64,000 nt of DNA. It comes from an uncultured Planctomycetaceae bacterium. GTDB taxonomy: Bacteria; Planctomycetota; Planctomycetia; Isosphaerales; Isosphaeraceae. A program made the position numbers and the translations under genes. Positions 45,144-56,603 of this stretch are shown in pieces. Each line of letters starts with the position of its first letter. Within the stretch, counting starts at the first letter, position 1. The notes below the pieces were generated by a model. The model saw only the letters and a program-made list of their open reading frames with translations, did no database searches and had not been told where the DNA came from. The stretch covers positions 2,336,001 to 2,400,000 of the forward strand of contig CAWIAD010000001.1 in the NCBI GenBank assembly GCA_963833985.1, in the 5' to 3' direction.

Positions 45144-47409
45144 ATGACAACCACCTGCCTGCTCCTCGCCCTTGCCGGGGCATCGTTCGGTATGATCATC
45201 GGCGACGACGCGCCTCCGTGGAAGCCCGCCAGCGGGCCGCTCATGACGCGGTGGGCCGCCCAGGTTGACCCCGCGCGTGCACCCGGACTATCCCCGGCCG
45301 CAGATGACCCGTCCGGAATGGGTCAATCTCAACGGCCTCTGGGACTATGCGATCGCTCCCCGTCAAGACGGCCGCCCGGCCGCGTTTCAGGGACAGATCC
45401 TGGTGCCCTTTCCGGTCGAATCAGCCCTCTCGGGGGTGATGAAGCCGGTCCAGCCCGACCAGCGTCTCTGGTACCGGCGGACCTTCACGCTGGCCCCGCC
45501 CGCTCAGGGCAGGCGCTGGCTGCTGCACTTCGGGGCCGTCGACTGGGATGCCGCTGTCGTGCTCAACGGCAAGACACTGGGCACGCACCGCGGGGGCTAC
45601 GATCCCTTCACGTTCGACATCAGCAATGCGCTCGATGCCAGCGGCACCCAGGAGCTGGTCGTCGCGGTCTGGGACCCGACTGACAAGGGCGGCCAGCCGC
45701 GCGGCAAGCAGGTGCTCAAGCCGGGCGGCATCATGTACACGGCCAATACCGGCATCTGGCAGACCGTATGGCTGGAGCCGGTGCCCACGGTGCGGATCGA
45801 CTCGCTCGATATCGTACCCGACGTGGATACCGGCACGCTGCGGCTGACTGTCCGGGTGGCCGGAGGCATGGCCGAGATCGACATCGCCGCTCGGGCGCTC
45901 GAGGGCGGTCGCGAGGTCGCCGCGGCCAGCGGCAAGCCGGGAATTCCGCTCAGCCTGAAGATCCCGGCTCCGAGACTCTGGAGTCCCGCTCAGCCCCTTT
46001 TGTACGGTCTGAAAGTGGCCATCCGGGGGGGCGACGAGGTCACCAGCTACTTCGGCATGCGCAAGATCAGCCTGGCAAAGGATGAGTCCGGGATCAACCG
46101 GCTCTTCCTCAATGGCAAGCCGCTGTTTCAGCTCGGCCCGCTCGACCAGGGGTGGTGGCCCGACGGACTGTACACGGCGCCTACGGACGAGGCCCTGCGG
46201 TACGACCTGGAGATCACGCGGCAGCTTGGCTTCAACATGATCCGCAAGCACGTCAAAGTGGAGCCCGACCGCTGGTATTACTGGTGCGACACGATGGGAC
46301 TCCTGGTCTGGCAGGACATGCCCGCCGGCGACAACAAGAACGACGCGGCGAAGCAACAGTTCGCCCTCGAGCTCGAGCGGATGATCGACGCCCGGCGCAA
46401 CCACCCCAGTATCGTCATGTGGGTGCCGTTCAACGAGGGCTGGGGCCAGCACGACACCCCGCGCTACGTCGAGTGGATCAAGCACCACGACCCCACACGG
46501 CTGGTGAACAACGCCAGCGGCTGGACCGACACGCATACCGGCGACGTGTCGGACATGCACAACTACCCCGGCCCCGGTATGCCGCCCACCGAGCCGCACC
46601 GCGCCGCGGTCCTGGGCGAGTTCGGCGGTCTCGGCCTGCCGCTCGCGAACCACGTCTGGGTGAACAACAAGAAGAACTGGGGGTACCGTTCCTTCCAGGA
46701 CCAGGGATCGCTCTCCCGCGCCTACCTGGAGCTGATCGGCCGGCTGCGCGGCCTGGCCGTGCTCGGCCTGAGCGCGGCGGTGTACACCCAGACCACCGAC
46801 TGCGAGGTGGAGGTGAACGGACTGCTGACCTATGACCGCGCCGTGGTGAAGGTCCCTGTGGAAGCCGTTGCCGAGGCGCACAGGACGCTCTACCTCGCGC
46901 CGCCGGCCATCAAGGTGTTGCTGCCGACCGCGGAGACGGCTCCTCAGACCTGGGCCTATACGACAAAACCGCCCGAGACCGGCTGGAACACTCTCGATTT
47001 CAACGACTCGGCCTGGCTCAAGGGGACAGGCGGCTTCGGGACCAAGGGAACTCCTGGTGCCATCGTGCACACCGAATGGCAGACCGGTGACATCTACCTG
47101 CGCCATACCTTCGAGCTGGGAAGCGATCCGGTGCAAGCCCCGCAGCTCTCGCTGCACCACGATGAAGACGCCGAGGTGTACCTCAACGGCAAGCTCGCCG
47201 CCAGGCTCGACGGCTACACGTCTTCGTATCAGCTCATCCCTCTGGTCCAGGATGCGGCCAGTGCGCTCCGGCCAGGACGAAACGTGATCGCCGTGCATTG
47301 CCGCCAGACCAAAGGCGGCCAGTACATCGACGCGGGGCTGGTGGACTTCATCGAAAAGGAGAGAGCCAAGGCACCCGTTCTGCTGCGGCACTCGCGCGCC
47401 GAACCATGA
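45144..47409 (+). CDS. GH2 glycoside hydrolase (apparent frameshift ~45275)
   Basis: [47 protein letters not shown]. Confidence 0.92.
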
Positions 47410-47535
47410 CCACGGGACTGTTGCACGCGGCCTGCGTTGCTCGGGCTCCAGGGAGATCGTCCCTCAGTGCGACTTTCCCTGGTGAGCAAGCATCCTGACC
47501 GCGCCCTCGGTGAACCGATTGAGGGTGAGCCACCT

Positions 47536-50247
47536 TCACTGGTACCGCAAGATTCGCGTGTCACCGCGCTTCATTCGCAGCTCAACCCGCAACCCATGTC
47601 CCAGGCCCTCGCCGGTCAGAGCGTCGGTCAGGCTCCAGCCCGCCTGGCCGCCGGCAGCGCCGGCAGGTGCGGGTAAGGTCAAGGTGACCGGTCCGTCTTG
47701 CGAAGCGTGCAAAACCACGAACGAACCGCGGGCGTACACGATGCAGTCGGTCGCGCTGAACAGGTGCACGCCGGCCGCATGGGCCGCGATCCGCAGCAAC
47801 TCGGTGGTCAAGCCCGGAACGCCCACGAAGAACCGAGCGCCTTCGCGGCCGCCTTGCCGGGCCACGGCGGCAGCGCCATCCGGATAGATGGCGAGGATCT
47901 GATCGGCCGCGATCGCACGCACCGAGAAGAGGGGGCGTAAGGGCTGATCGACGCCGAACGAATGGTTCAGTCCCTGTTGCTTACCGGTCGCGGTGGGAGC
48001 GGCCATCGCCTTCTGCCCGGGACACAGAGTCAGGTCGAAGCCCGTCAACTCGTGCATCGCCCGCGGCGAGGGCCGGTCGCCGTCGAAGTAGCCGGGAGCG
48101 TAGCACCAGATGACCGTGGAGCCACGGAGCCGCTCGGCCAGCGTATACCGCTGGCTGGCCGTCAGCCGCCAGGCATTGAGCACGACGAAGAGCTTCGCGT
48201 GCACTTTCCCGGCCAGCACGTCGTCGAGCAGATACTGGCCATAGGGCGCGCCCATGCGTCCCAGGGCCGCGCGGACCTCGTAGATGCCGGGCCTGGTCAC
48301 GCCCGTGCCTTCGGGTGTGATCGTCCGCATGGCTTGCTCGTCGATCACGGCCGCGACCTCGGGCCGAAAGGCCGACGGGTGCTCCAGCAAGGGAAGATCG
48401 ATCGCCTCGAGCCGCTTCATCGCTTGCCACATGCGCGGGTCGTTGAACCAGCCGGTGGCTCCCAGGTCCATCCACCAGGTTCCAAAGTTGCGGACGGCCT
48501 CCTGGCCGACGTTCCGCAGCAACTCCCGGTTCGTGTCCTCCAGGGTGCTTACCGCGTCGAGCGCGCCGGGAAAGTCGCCCGTGCCCAGGTAAGTCCGGGT
48601 GTCGTCCTCATTGAGCCACATCTTGCCCGCCAGGGCGACGCTTTCGGCCGCGGTCATCGACGGGGCACTCTGGCCCAGGCCCCTATCAAAGTACGAGATC
48701 GGCGAGCAGAGGATGTCGATATCGGCAGATTCCAGCACACGCCGGAGTGCGTAGTGGCCGGCCACCGGCGGGCCGTTGGGGACGGCGGCGAACTCGAAGA
48801 GGTAGCCGTAGAAGAACACGACGAGCTTGCGTCCGCCGGAGGCGGAGCGCACGGCGTGCGCCAGGGAGGCGGAGCGCACGGCGTGCGCCAGCGCGCAGAC
48901 GCAGTCGCTCATGGCCTGCTGCTGGAACTCGGCCCAGTCGATGAGCGCCCGCTCGCGCGTGGGGTCACGAAAGACGCCCGCCGGCGAAGCATGCCGCAGG
49001 GCAGCCGAAGGCACGAGCGCGGATCGCAGGGTCGCCGCGGGATCGTGCCATGCCGCCTGGAGTGCCTGATCGGCTCGATAGCGGTCACCCAGCCAGAGAC
49101 GCCAGGCCGACTGGTCGGCGGAAGCATAGCCCGAGAGCGGCTGTGCCCAGGTTCCCTCGTAGAACCACTCGCCGGTGTTTTGCCCGCAGGGATGGTAGCC
49201 GGCCACGTGGTCGCCGAACTTCTCTTCCAGATGAGCGACCAGGGCACTCAGCCGCTCGGCGGCGTCGCGGCGATAGACCGGTGAAGCGACCACGGCCAGC
49301 CCGCGCTGGCCGTCCTCCCATTGCATCACCACGTCCTTGTGCGAGTTTTGCCACCAGCCTGGCGGCGTCATCCCCATGCGCGGCAAGAGCAGGGCATCGG
49401 GGTTGGCCTCGAGTACCTGCTCGCAGGCCTGGTCCACGGCGCTCCAGTCGGACGGCTCACCGGGCCGGGGCCAGGGGAGCTCGATCGGGAAGCTGACGAA
49501 GTTCACTCCGGCACCCGCGGCCAGCTTGATTTGCGATTCGAACGGACCGGCCGGCCCTCCGAGATGGACGAACGTGGCACCTGGCCGGTAGAAGCCAATC
49601 GTCAGCTCGCGCTCGGGCGCGGCGGACACCCAGAAGCTGACGCGGTAGCGATGCCCGCGCGTCAGGTGCAGGTCCGCGTGATGGTAGATGTGAAAGTCGG
49701 GCCACTCGCCGCCGGGAGGCGCCTTGAGCTCGACATGCAGGGCCGCCGAGCGGTCCTGGCCTGCGCCCTGCCTGACTTCGACCCGGCCGACCGTGTTCTG
49801 CTTCCCGGGTGGCCAGACGGTCCAGTCGTGCGGAAACGACGAAGGTCCCTCTTCAAAGCCGCGTCGCGGGATGATCTCCGAGCCATTGTCGAGATCGACC
49901 ACGCGGATGTCATCGAGGTCGATCGACCCCGGCCGGGTCCCGAAGCGGAAGTGCATCGTCGCGGTCTCGGCGGTACCGCTGGCCCGGAACTCGAACGAGA
50001 CCGCGCGGGGTCCCGCGGGAACGCCGATGGGCGCCGAGCCGGGTATGCCGAAAAACATGCGCGCCCGCACCGGCTTGCCGTTCACCAGCAACCGAGGCGC
50101 GCCGGCCGTCGTATCCACCCGGACCGTGAGGCCGCCCGCCAGACCTTGAGAAGTGAGGAGCATCACCATCAGACTCATCCCGCAGCAGCGAACAGAGCGG
50201 TGAAGAATCGCGGGCGGCATCGCCCGGAACAACCAGGAAGTCGTCAT
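47536..50247 (-). CDS. GH-A clan (GH42-like) glycoside hydrolase with CBM-like insert
   Basis: GQNTGEWFY, SPISY, NEDDTRT, WWMDL; beta-sandwich insert containing YRVSFW. Confidence 0.65.
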   Translation of the reverse strand: MTTSWLFRAMPPAILHRSVRCCGMSLMVMLLTSQGLAGGLTVRVDTTAGAPRLLVNGKPVRARMFFGIPGSAPIGVPAGPRAVSFEFRASGTAETATMHFRFGTRPGSIDLDDIRVVDLDNGSEIIPRRGFEEGPSSFPHDWTVWPPGKQNTVGRVEVRQGAGQDRSAALHVELKAPPGGEWPDFHIYHHADLHLTRGHRYRVSFWVSAAPERELTIGFYRPGATFVHLGGPAGPFESQIKLAAGAGVNFVSFPIELPWPRPGEPSDWSAVDQACEQVLEANPDALLLPRMGMTPPGWWQNSHKDVVMQWEDGQRGLAVVASPVYRRDAAERLSALVAHLEEKFGDHVAGYHPCGQNTGEWFYEGTWAQPLSGYASADQSAWRLWLGDRYRADQALQAAWHDPAATLRSALVPSAALRHASPAGVFRDPTRERALIDWAEFQQQAMSDCVCALAHAVRSASLAHAVRSASGGRKLVVFFYGYLFEFAAVPNGPPVAGHYALRRVLESADIDILCSPISYFDRGLGQSAPSMTAAESVALAGKMWLNEDDTRTYLGTGDFPGALDAVSTLEDTNRELLRNVGQEAVRNFGTWWMDLGATGWFNDPRMWQAMKRLEAIDLPLLEHPSAFRPEVAAVIDEQAMRTITPEGTGVTRPGIYEVRAALGRMGAPYGQYLLDDVLAGKVHAKLFVVLNAWRLTASQRYTLAERLRGSTVIWCYAPGYFDGDRPSPRAMHELTGFDLTLCPGQKAMAAPTATGKQQGLNHSFGVDQPLRPLFSVRAIAADQILAIYPDGAAAVARQGGREGARFFVGVPGLTTELLRIAAHAAGVHLFSATDCIVYARGSFVVLHASQDGPVTLTLPAPAGAAGGQAGWSLTDALTGEGLGHGLRVELRMKRGDTRILRYQ

Positions 50248-50458
50248 CACAGGTTCTCCTTGCATCACGTGGTTGGCCCCGTCTCCGGTCTACACCAAGG
50301 ACTCCCTTGTGTCACGCAGGCTCCGGCCCGGTTACCATGAAGCGATCGTGGTCCCACCGGAACACGCCGCCGGGCAGCACCCACGCCAGGCCACCGTGTT
50401 TCAGAGCCGTGTCCCCCGCGCCGCTTGCGGAGCCATCGGGCTTTACCGGAGATGCATC

Positions 50459-53236
50459 ATGACCCTCTGGCCGCGCCGCACCGCCGTGCTTGTGCTCTTG
50501 CTACTGAACCTGCCTGGAAGAGGCACACGCGCTGACGACCACGCGCTGGCCGCGCGGTTCGCCGAGCCGCCCGCCGAGTCGCGGATTCTCAAGATCATCC
50601 ACTCCTGGCCCGATGCCGCAAAGGACCAGGATGAGCTCATCCGCACCCTCTCGCGGCAGGCGTTCGGGGGCGTCGTCTGCAACGTCTCGTTCGACAATTA
50701 CCTCGAGAGTGCCGAAAAGTGGCGATCCTTCGAGAGCGCCGTGGCGCGGGCGAAGCAGGCCGGCTGGACGCTCTGGCTGTACGACGAGCGCGGGTATCCT
50801 TCGGGCAATGCGGGTGGACTCGTGCTCCGCGGGCATCCGGAATGGGAAGCCAGCGGGCTGCTCCTCGCCGATGCCGGAACCGAGGGCGCTGCGGTCACGG
50901 TTTCCGTCCCTCCCGGCCAGCTCTGGATGGCCGCCGGGTACCCGGTTCGCGACGGTCAGATCGACCCCGAGAAGCGGATGGACCTGGGCACGCAGATCCA
51001 TGACGGCCGGCTGCACTGGCAGCCTCCGCCGGGCCGCTGGCACGTCCTGGTGGTCACCCGCTACCGGCTCTACGAGGGAACACACGCGGTCTCGAATGTG
51101 TCGGGCACGATCCCCTGCGCCAACCTGCTCATGCCCGAGCCGACCTCGCGCTTCCTGCAAGTCACGCACCAGGCCTACGCGGACCATTTCGGTCCGGACC
51201 TGGGCAAGATCTTTGTGTCCACGTTCACCGACGAGCCCTCGCTCATGAGCGTGCTCATGAAGCCGATGCCGTACCGGGTACTTCCGTGGGCGCCGGCGCT
51301 GCCGGGTGAGTTCGAGCGCCGCCGCGGCTATGCGCTCGAGCCCGTCATCGCCGACCTGATCCTGGACGCCGGCGCGGCCGGCCGCAAGCACCGCTACGAT
51401 TACTGGCAGACCATCGGCGAGCTCGTGGCGGAGAACTACTTCGGCCAAATCCAGCGCTGGTGTCGCGCACACGGCATCCTTTCCGGCGGCCACCTGCTGA
51501 TGGAGGAAAGCGTGCCGGCGCACGTCCCGCTGTACGGCGATTTCTTCGCCTGCGCCCGCCGGCTCGACGCCCCCAGCATCGATTGCCTGAGCAGCCTGCC
51601 ACCTGACGCCCCCTGGTACATCGCCCGTCTGCTCGCCAGCGCGGCGGAACTGGAGGGGAAGACCGTCGTCATGAGCGAGACGTCGGACCATGCCCAGCGC
51701 TACCGGCCCAGGGGGGACACGCGTCCGGTGCGGGACGTGACCGAGGCGGAGATGCGGGGCACCTTCAATCGGCTTTTCCTGGGCGGCGTGAACTGCATCA
51801 CCAGCTACTACAGCTACGCCGGCCTGAACGACGAGGCCATCCGCCGGCTGAACGCTTACGTGGGCCGGTGCGCCACCCTGCTGCGCGGGGGAAACTCGGC
51901 AGCCGAGATCGCGCTGGTGTACCCCATCCAGAGCGTCTGGCCCAGGTTCGTGCCGTCGCACGAGTGGACGAAGGAGGCCCACGGCGCTGCCAGGATCGAC
52001 CGGAGCTTCCACGCCGCGATGGATGCCCTGTACGCCAGCCGGCGCGAGTTCAGCATCGTGGACGCCCGCGCGATCTGCGAGGCGGAGGTCACGAACGGCA
52101 GCATGGTGCATCGGTCAGCGCGCTGGCGTGTGATCGTCCTGCCCGGCGTGGACACGCTACCCAGCGCGGCCTGGCAGAAGCTGGGCCAGTTCGTACAGAG
52201 CGGCGGAGTCCTCATCGCGCTGGGGTCCCTTCCCGCGAACAGCGAACGGGAATTCCCGAGTCCGCGCGTGCAGGCCCTGGGCCGGACGATCTTCGGCACG
52301 GTGGCCGGCAGTCCCAGCGCCTGGGCAAACCCGGCCGGCGGCGGAGGGATCTTCCTTCCGGACGGCTCCGAAGGGTTGCTGGCCCTGGCCATCAAGGGCG
52401 TGCTGCCAGCCGATCTGACCCCCGATGATCCCCGGGCGCCGCTGCGTATGACCCACCGTCGCGTGCAGGGGAAGGAGCTGTACTTCGTGATCAACGACTC
52501 CCCGCAAGCCTGGCGCGGTCGGTTCCGCATCCCCGCTCGCGGCCAGGCGGAGCGGTGGGACCCGGGCAGCGGTAAGACCGAGCGTTTCAATCCGGCTGAT
52601 CCGATCTCCGTGTCGATCGAACCGTACGGAGCCACGTTCGTTTGCTCTCCGCAAGAGCCGTCCCCAGCGCAGCTTCCTCTGAAAAGCGGCTCATTGCCAG
52701 GCCTCGAGTTGCGGCACCTGCCGGAAGCGTCGGCAGAAATTCCACACGGGCAGTACGTCACCGCGCAGCTTCGTCGCGTGGACTCCTCGGATGGGCCGGC
52801 CGCGCAACGTTTCGAGAACAGGTCAACGATCACGAGGTCCCGCGTGGATACGTTCTCATTCGTGACCTTCCATTACCCCGAGCCGATCAACCTGGCCAGC
52901 GACGATTGCCTGGCCGTCGACACCTGGGTTGCCGCAGCGCAGCGGTCGCACCAGGACATCCTGGTCATCTTGCAAGTTCAGGGAGGAGGAGATTTCGTGG
53001 CCGCGACGGGGCTGACACTGGGTGATCCCGGCCAGCGGCGAGCGATCGTCGCGCTCGATCGGTTCACTATGCTCAATCCCGGCAGCCGCGGCGCAGACCG
53101 GCTCGACCTTACGCGCATCAGCGCGATTGGCATTGGCTGGGGGGGATATCTGGGCGAGAAGGACGAGGAGGTGCGCTTCCAGGTGGCGCCGCCACGCGCC
53201 GGTCAGATCGCGGTCAAGGGCCTCACAGGCCGATGA
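50459..53236 (+). CDS. GH106-like glycoside hydrolase
   Basis: FAEPP, WLYDERGYPSGNAGG, FTDEPS, GGHLLMEE, YFVIND. Confidence 0.7.
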   Translation: MTLWPRRTAVLVLLLLNLPGRGTRADDHALAARFAEPPAESRILKIIHSWPDAAKDQDELIRTLSRQAFGGVVCNVSFDNYLESAEKWRSFESAVARAKQAGWTLWLYDERGYPSGNAGGLVLRGHPEWEASGLLLADAGTEGAAVTVSVPPGQLWMAAGYPVRDGQIDPEKRMDLGTQIHDGRLHWQPPPGRWHVLVVTRYRLYEGTHAVSNVSGTIPCANLLMPEPTSRFLQVTHQAYADHFGPDLGKIFVSTFTDEPSLMSVLMKPMPYRVLPWAPALPGEFERRRGYALEPVIADLILDAGAAGRKHRYDYWQTIGELVAENYFGQIQRWCRAHGILSGGHLLMEESVPAHVPLYGDFFACARRLDAPSIDCLSSLPPDAPWYIARLLASAAELEGKTVVMSETSDHAQRYRPRGDTRPVRDVTEAEMRGTFNRLFLGGVNCITSYYSYAGLNDEAIRRLNAYVGRCATLLRGGNSAAEIALVYPIQSVWPRFVPSHEWTKEAHGAARIDRSFHAAMDALYASRREFSIVDARAICEAEVTNGSMVHRSARWRVIVLPGVDTLPSAAWQKLGQFVQSGGVLIALGSLPANSEREFPSPRVQALGRTIFGTVAGSPSAWANPAGGGGIFLPDGSEGLLALAIKGVLPADLTPDDPRAPLRMTHRRVQGKELYFVINDSPQAWRGRFRIPARGQAERWDPGSGKTERFNPADPISVSIEPYGATFVCSPQEPSPAQLPLKSGSLPGLELRHLPEASAEIPHGQYVTAQLRRVDSSDGPAAQRFENRSTITRSRVDTFSFVTFHYPEPINLASDDCLAVDTWVAAAQRSHQDILVILQVQGGGDFVAATGLTLGDPGQRRAIVALDRFTMLNPGSRGADRLDLTRISAIGIGWGGYLGEKDEEVRFQVAPPRAGQIAVKGLTGR

Positions 53237-53378
53237 TCTCTCTGCCGGCATGCCGGGAAGCCGGAACACACTTGTTTCGCTACGGGCAATGCGTTCCACT
53301 TCAAGAGTACGGGGGCAGCCTTGCCCGCACTGGCCCACGCACAGCGAGCCGCAAGCTTCTGAGTACCAGGGAACTGTC

Positions 53379-54995
53379 ATGAAACCAAACCGTGTTATTC
53401 TGTCAATTCTATCAATCGTTTTGATACAGAGCCACGCCGGGACGGCCGCCGAGCTGCCAACCAGCCTGACTCCGCCGCCGCCTCCGGAGCCGCGGATCAA
53501 CGGCCCCAGCGTGGTCAGCGCGCGGCCCGGCGCTCCATTCCTGTACACGATTCCGGCGACTGGCGAGCGGCCCATGGAGTTCAGTGTCGACCGGCTTCCC
53601 GAGGGCCTGGCGCTTGACAAGGCAACCGGGCGGATCACCGGCAAGGCCGTGCTCGATGGCAAGGAGATCCTCAAGAACGGCTATGACGGCCGATCGACGT
53701 TCCCGATCGTCGATTCCGAGGGTGGACTCGCCTATGATGTGTTGCTGCACGCCAGGAACGGCAGGGGTGAGGCCGCGAAGAAGCTGCGTATTTACATCGG
53801 TGAGAAGATCGCCAGGACGCCGCCTCTGGGCTGGAATAGCTGGAACTGCTGGGCCGGAGCGGTCGACCAGGAGAAGGTGCTCCGTTCGGCGCGGGCGATG
53901 GTCGCCTCGGGCCTGATCCAGCACGGCTGGACGTACATCAACATCGACGACACCTGGCAAGGCCAGCGCGGCGGTGCTCTCAACGCCCTCCAGGCGAACG
54001 GCAAGTTCCCCGACATGAAGAAACTGTGTGACGAGATCCACGGCATGGGCCTGAAGGCAGGGATTTACTCCACGCCCTGGGTCACCTCGTACGCCAGGTT
54101 CGCCGGCGGCTCCAGCGACGACCCCAGGGGCGTCTGGACCAGGGGACTGGCCAGCCAGAAGCACTGGCGGCTGGGCATGTATTCGTTCGCCGAGAACGAC
54201 GCCCGCCAGTATGCCGCCTGGGGCTTTGATTATCTGAAATACGACTGGAACCCGAACGACGTGCCGCACACCGAGGAGATGAGCAAGGCGCTGCGGGCTT
54301 GCGGGCGCGACATCGTCTTCAGCCTGTCCAACACCGCGCCCTTCGAGCACGCCGCCGACTGGGCGCGGCTGGCCAACTGCTGGCGCACCACGGGCGACAT
54401 CTACGACAACTGGGAGGAAAACCGCGAGCGCGGCCACGGCTGGCAATACGGGGTCTCGGAGATCGGCTTCACCCAGGATCGCTGGGCGCCCTTCGCCGGC
54501 CCGGGCCACTGGAACGATCCGGACATGCTGGTGGTGGGCTACGTGGGCTGGGGCCCCGCGCTGCATCAGACGCGGCTCTCGCCCGACGAGCAGTACGCTC
54601 ACATCAGCCTCTGGTCCCTGCTCTCGGCGCCGCTCTTGATCGGCTGCGACATGGACCGGCTGGACCCGTTCACCATTGGCCTGCTGTCGAATGACGAGGT
54701 CCTGGCCGTGGACCAGGACTCCCGAGGCGTCGCCGCCGTGCGCGTGGCGACCGTGGGCGCGATCGACGTGTTCAGCAAGACGCTGGCGGATGGCTCCCAT
54801 GCGCTCGGCTTCTTTAACCGGGCCCGCCAGGAAGAAAGCGTGACTTTCAACAAGCTGGAGCGGATCGGTCTTCCCGGCAAGTATCAGGTGCGCGACCTGT
54901 GGCGCCAGAAGAACCTGGACGATACCTCCGGCAGCGTGAACCTGACGGTGCCCGGCCATGGAGTCCTGCTGCTGCGGTTGACCCGCAAGGGCTGA
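53379..54995 (+). CDS. GH27 alpha-galactosidase with Ig-like domain
   Basis: PPLGWNSWN, NIDDTW, DYLKYD, WRTTGDI, WNDPDML. Confidence 0.93.
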   Translation: MKPNRVILSILSIVLIQSHAGTAAELPTSLTPPPPPEPRINGPSVVSARPGAPFLYTIPATGERPMEFSVDRLPEGLALDKATGRITGKAVLDGKEILKNGYDGRSTFPIVDSEGGLAYDVLLHARNGRGEAAKKLRIYIGEKIARTPPLGWNSWNCWAGAVDQEKVLRSARAMVASGLIQHGWTYINIDDTWQGQRGGALNALQANGKFPDMKKLCDEIHGMGLKAGIYSTPWVTSYARFAGGSSDDPRGVWTRGLASQKHWRLGMYSFAENDARQYAAWGFDYLKYDWNPNDVPHTEEMSKALRACGRDIVFSLSNTAPFEHAADWARLANCWRTTGDIYDNWEENRERGHGWQYGVSEIGFTQDRWAPFAGPGHWNDPDMLVVGYVGWGPALHQTRLSPDEQYAHISLWSLLSAPLLIGCDMDRLDPFTIGLLSNDEVLAVDQDSRGVAAVRVATVGAIDVFSKTLADGSHALGFFNRARQEESVTFNKLERIGLPGKYQVRDLWRQKNLDDTSGSVNLTVPGHGVLLLRLTRKG

Positions 54996-55141
54996 TCCGC
55001 CGCGCGTGATCCGCATTCTGTGGCGGCCAGCGCGGATGTGCGGAACCAGGGAATCTGCGCCGCTTCGCTCGCCTGGTTTCGTAAGTACTTGTGAGGGAAA
55101 GAGGAACGAGTTCGGGTGCCGCCGACAAGGAGGAAACGGCC

Positions 55142-55870
55142 ATGGAACCAGTGCTCAGGACGAGCGCGGCCTGGCTCGCGATTGCGGTCTGCGGAGCGGT
55201 GCAGAGCGGGCGGGCCGGCGCCCAGTCCGCGGATGAGTACCGGCAGGTCCAGCAGGCGACACTGGTTGCGGATGTGGAAGCCAGCCGGGTGTACATCAAG
55301 CTCGCGCCGCAAGGTCATCTGGGACATGATCATATCATCGCCGGGTGCCTGGAGTCCGGCTGGCTGAAGCCAGGCCGCGGGGGCATGCTTGTCTTTGCGT
55401 TGCGCACGTTCGTCGCAGACACGCCGGAGGCTCTCCGCCACGTGGGGATCGTGCAGCCGATCAAGCCGGCCGACCAGAAGAAGATGTCGCAGAGCGTGCT
55501 CGGCCCCGGCGGGCTCGATGTCCAGAAGCACCCCCTGGCGACGCTCGAGATCACGCACTTCGATCCGGCCGAGGAGCAACTGGCCGGATCTCCGGGCCTC
55601 TACCTCATGGGCGGCACGCTCACGCTGCATGGCCAGAGCCGTCCCATCCTGCTGGCCGTCCGGCTCGCGGCCACAACCGATCCGACCGTTCGCAGGCTGG
55701 AGGGCCAGGTGACCATCCGGCAGACGAACTTCGGCATCACGCCCCACTCCAGCCTGGCGGGACTGATCCGCACCCAGGACCGGATGGAGATTCGCGGCGA
55801 GCTCGTGCTTCACCCCAGCATCGACCTTGCCGCCGTCCCGCCGCCCGCACTCCGCACCGGACCGCGCTGA
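55142..55870 (+). CDS. YceI-family lipid/polyisoprenoid-binding protein
   Basis: AAGGAGG ribosome-binding site; signal peptide; LDVQKHP, GTLTLHGQSR, RQTNFGI. Confidence 0.85.
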   Translation: MEPVLRTSAAWLAIAVCGAVQSGRAGAQSADEYRQVQQATLVADVEASRVYIKLAPQGHLGHDHIIAGCLESGWLKPGRGGMLVFALRTFVADTPEALRHVGIVQPIKPADQKKMSQSVLGPGGLDVQKHPLATLEITHFDPAEEQLAGSPGLYLMGGTLTLHGQSRPILLAVRLAATTDPTVRRLEGQVTIRQTNFGITPHSSLAGLIRTQDRMEIRGELVLHPSIDLAAVPPPALRTGPR

Positions 55871-55921
55871 CGAGCGGCCACGAAGGCGGTCGGCGTGCAG
55901 ACATCGCTTGCCGTCCGCGGC

Positions 55922-56603
55922 TCAGTCGTCACGCACCTTGCCGTCGCGCATACGAATGACGCGCTGGGTCGCGGCCGCCACCTCAGGGCTGTGCGTGACA
56001 ATGACGAGCGTCAAGCCCTGACGAGCACGCAGGTCCGCGAGAACCTGGAGCACCTCGCTCTGGCTCTGGCTGTCAAGGTTGCCGGTCGGTTCGTCGGCCA
56101 GCAGCAACGAAGGGCCGTTCGCCAGGGCCCGCGCAATCGCCACGCGCTGGCGCTCTCCGACCGAGAGCTGCATCGGCCGGTGATCGCGTCGATGAGCCAG
56201 CCCTACCTGCTCGATGAGTGCCCCGGCGCGTGCCAGGCGCTGGCGGCGCGTCCAATTGGTCTCGAACATCGGGACCTGCACGTTTTCCAGGGCGGTGAGT
56301 GTTCCCAGCACATGAAACGACTGAAACACGAAACCGATCTCACGGGCGCGGTAGCGATCCAGGTCAAGCTGCGAGAGCGGAACGCCGCGATATTCGATCT
56401 CGCCACGGTCGGGCCGGTCCAGGCCACCCAGCAGATTCAGGAGCGTACTCTTGCCGCAGCCGCTGGGCCCGACGATGGCCACCGACTCGTTTGGCTGGAT
56501 CTCGAGCGAAACCCCGCGCAGGGCCTGCACGGAGCCGTCGGGGTAGGTCCTGGTCAGGTTGCGCACACAGGAGCGGCCCGCTGGACTGCCGGCCTTCATT
56601 CAT
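55922..56603 (-). CDS. LolD/MacB-type ABC ATP-binding protein
   Basis: GPSGCGKST, LSVGERQRVAIARAL, LLADEPTGNLD. Likely N-terminus MNEGRQSSGPLLC from 56603 with an indel near 56565; the in-frame alternative is 56599. Confidence 0.92.

Noticed and set aside
45421..47391. Long antisense ORFs (also 14325..15515, 21861..23126, 50501..52111, 53412..55016)
   Set aside because: Shadow ORFs opposite well-supported genes, expected with high-GC codon bias.
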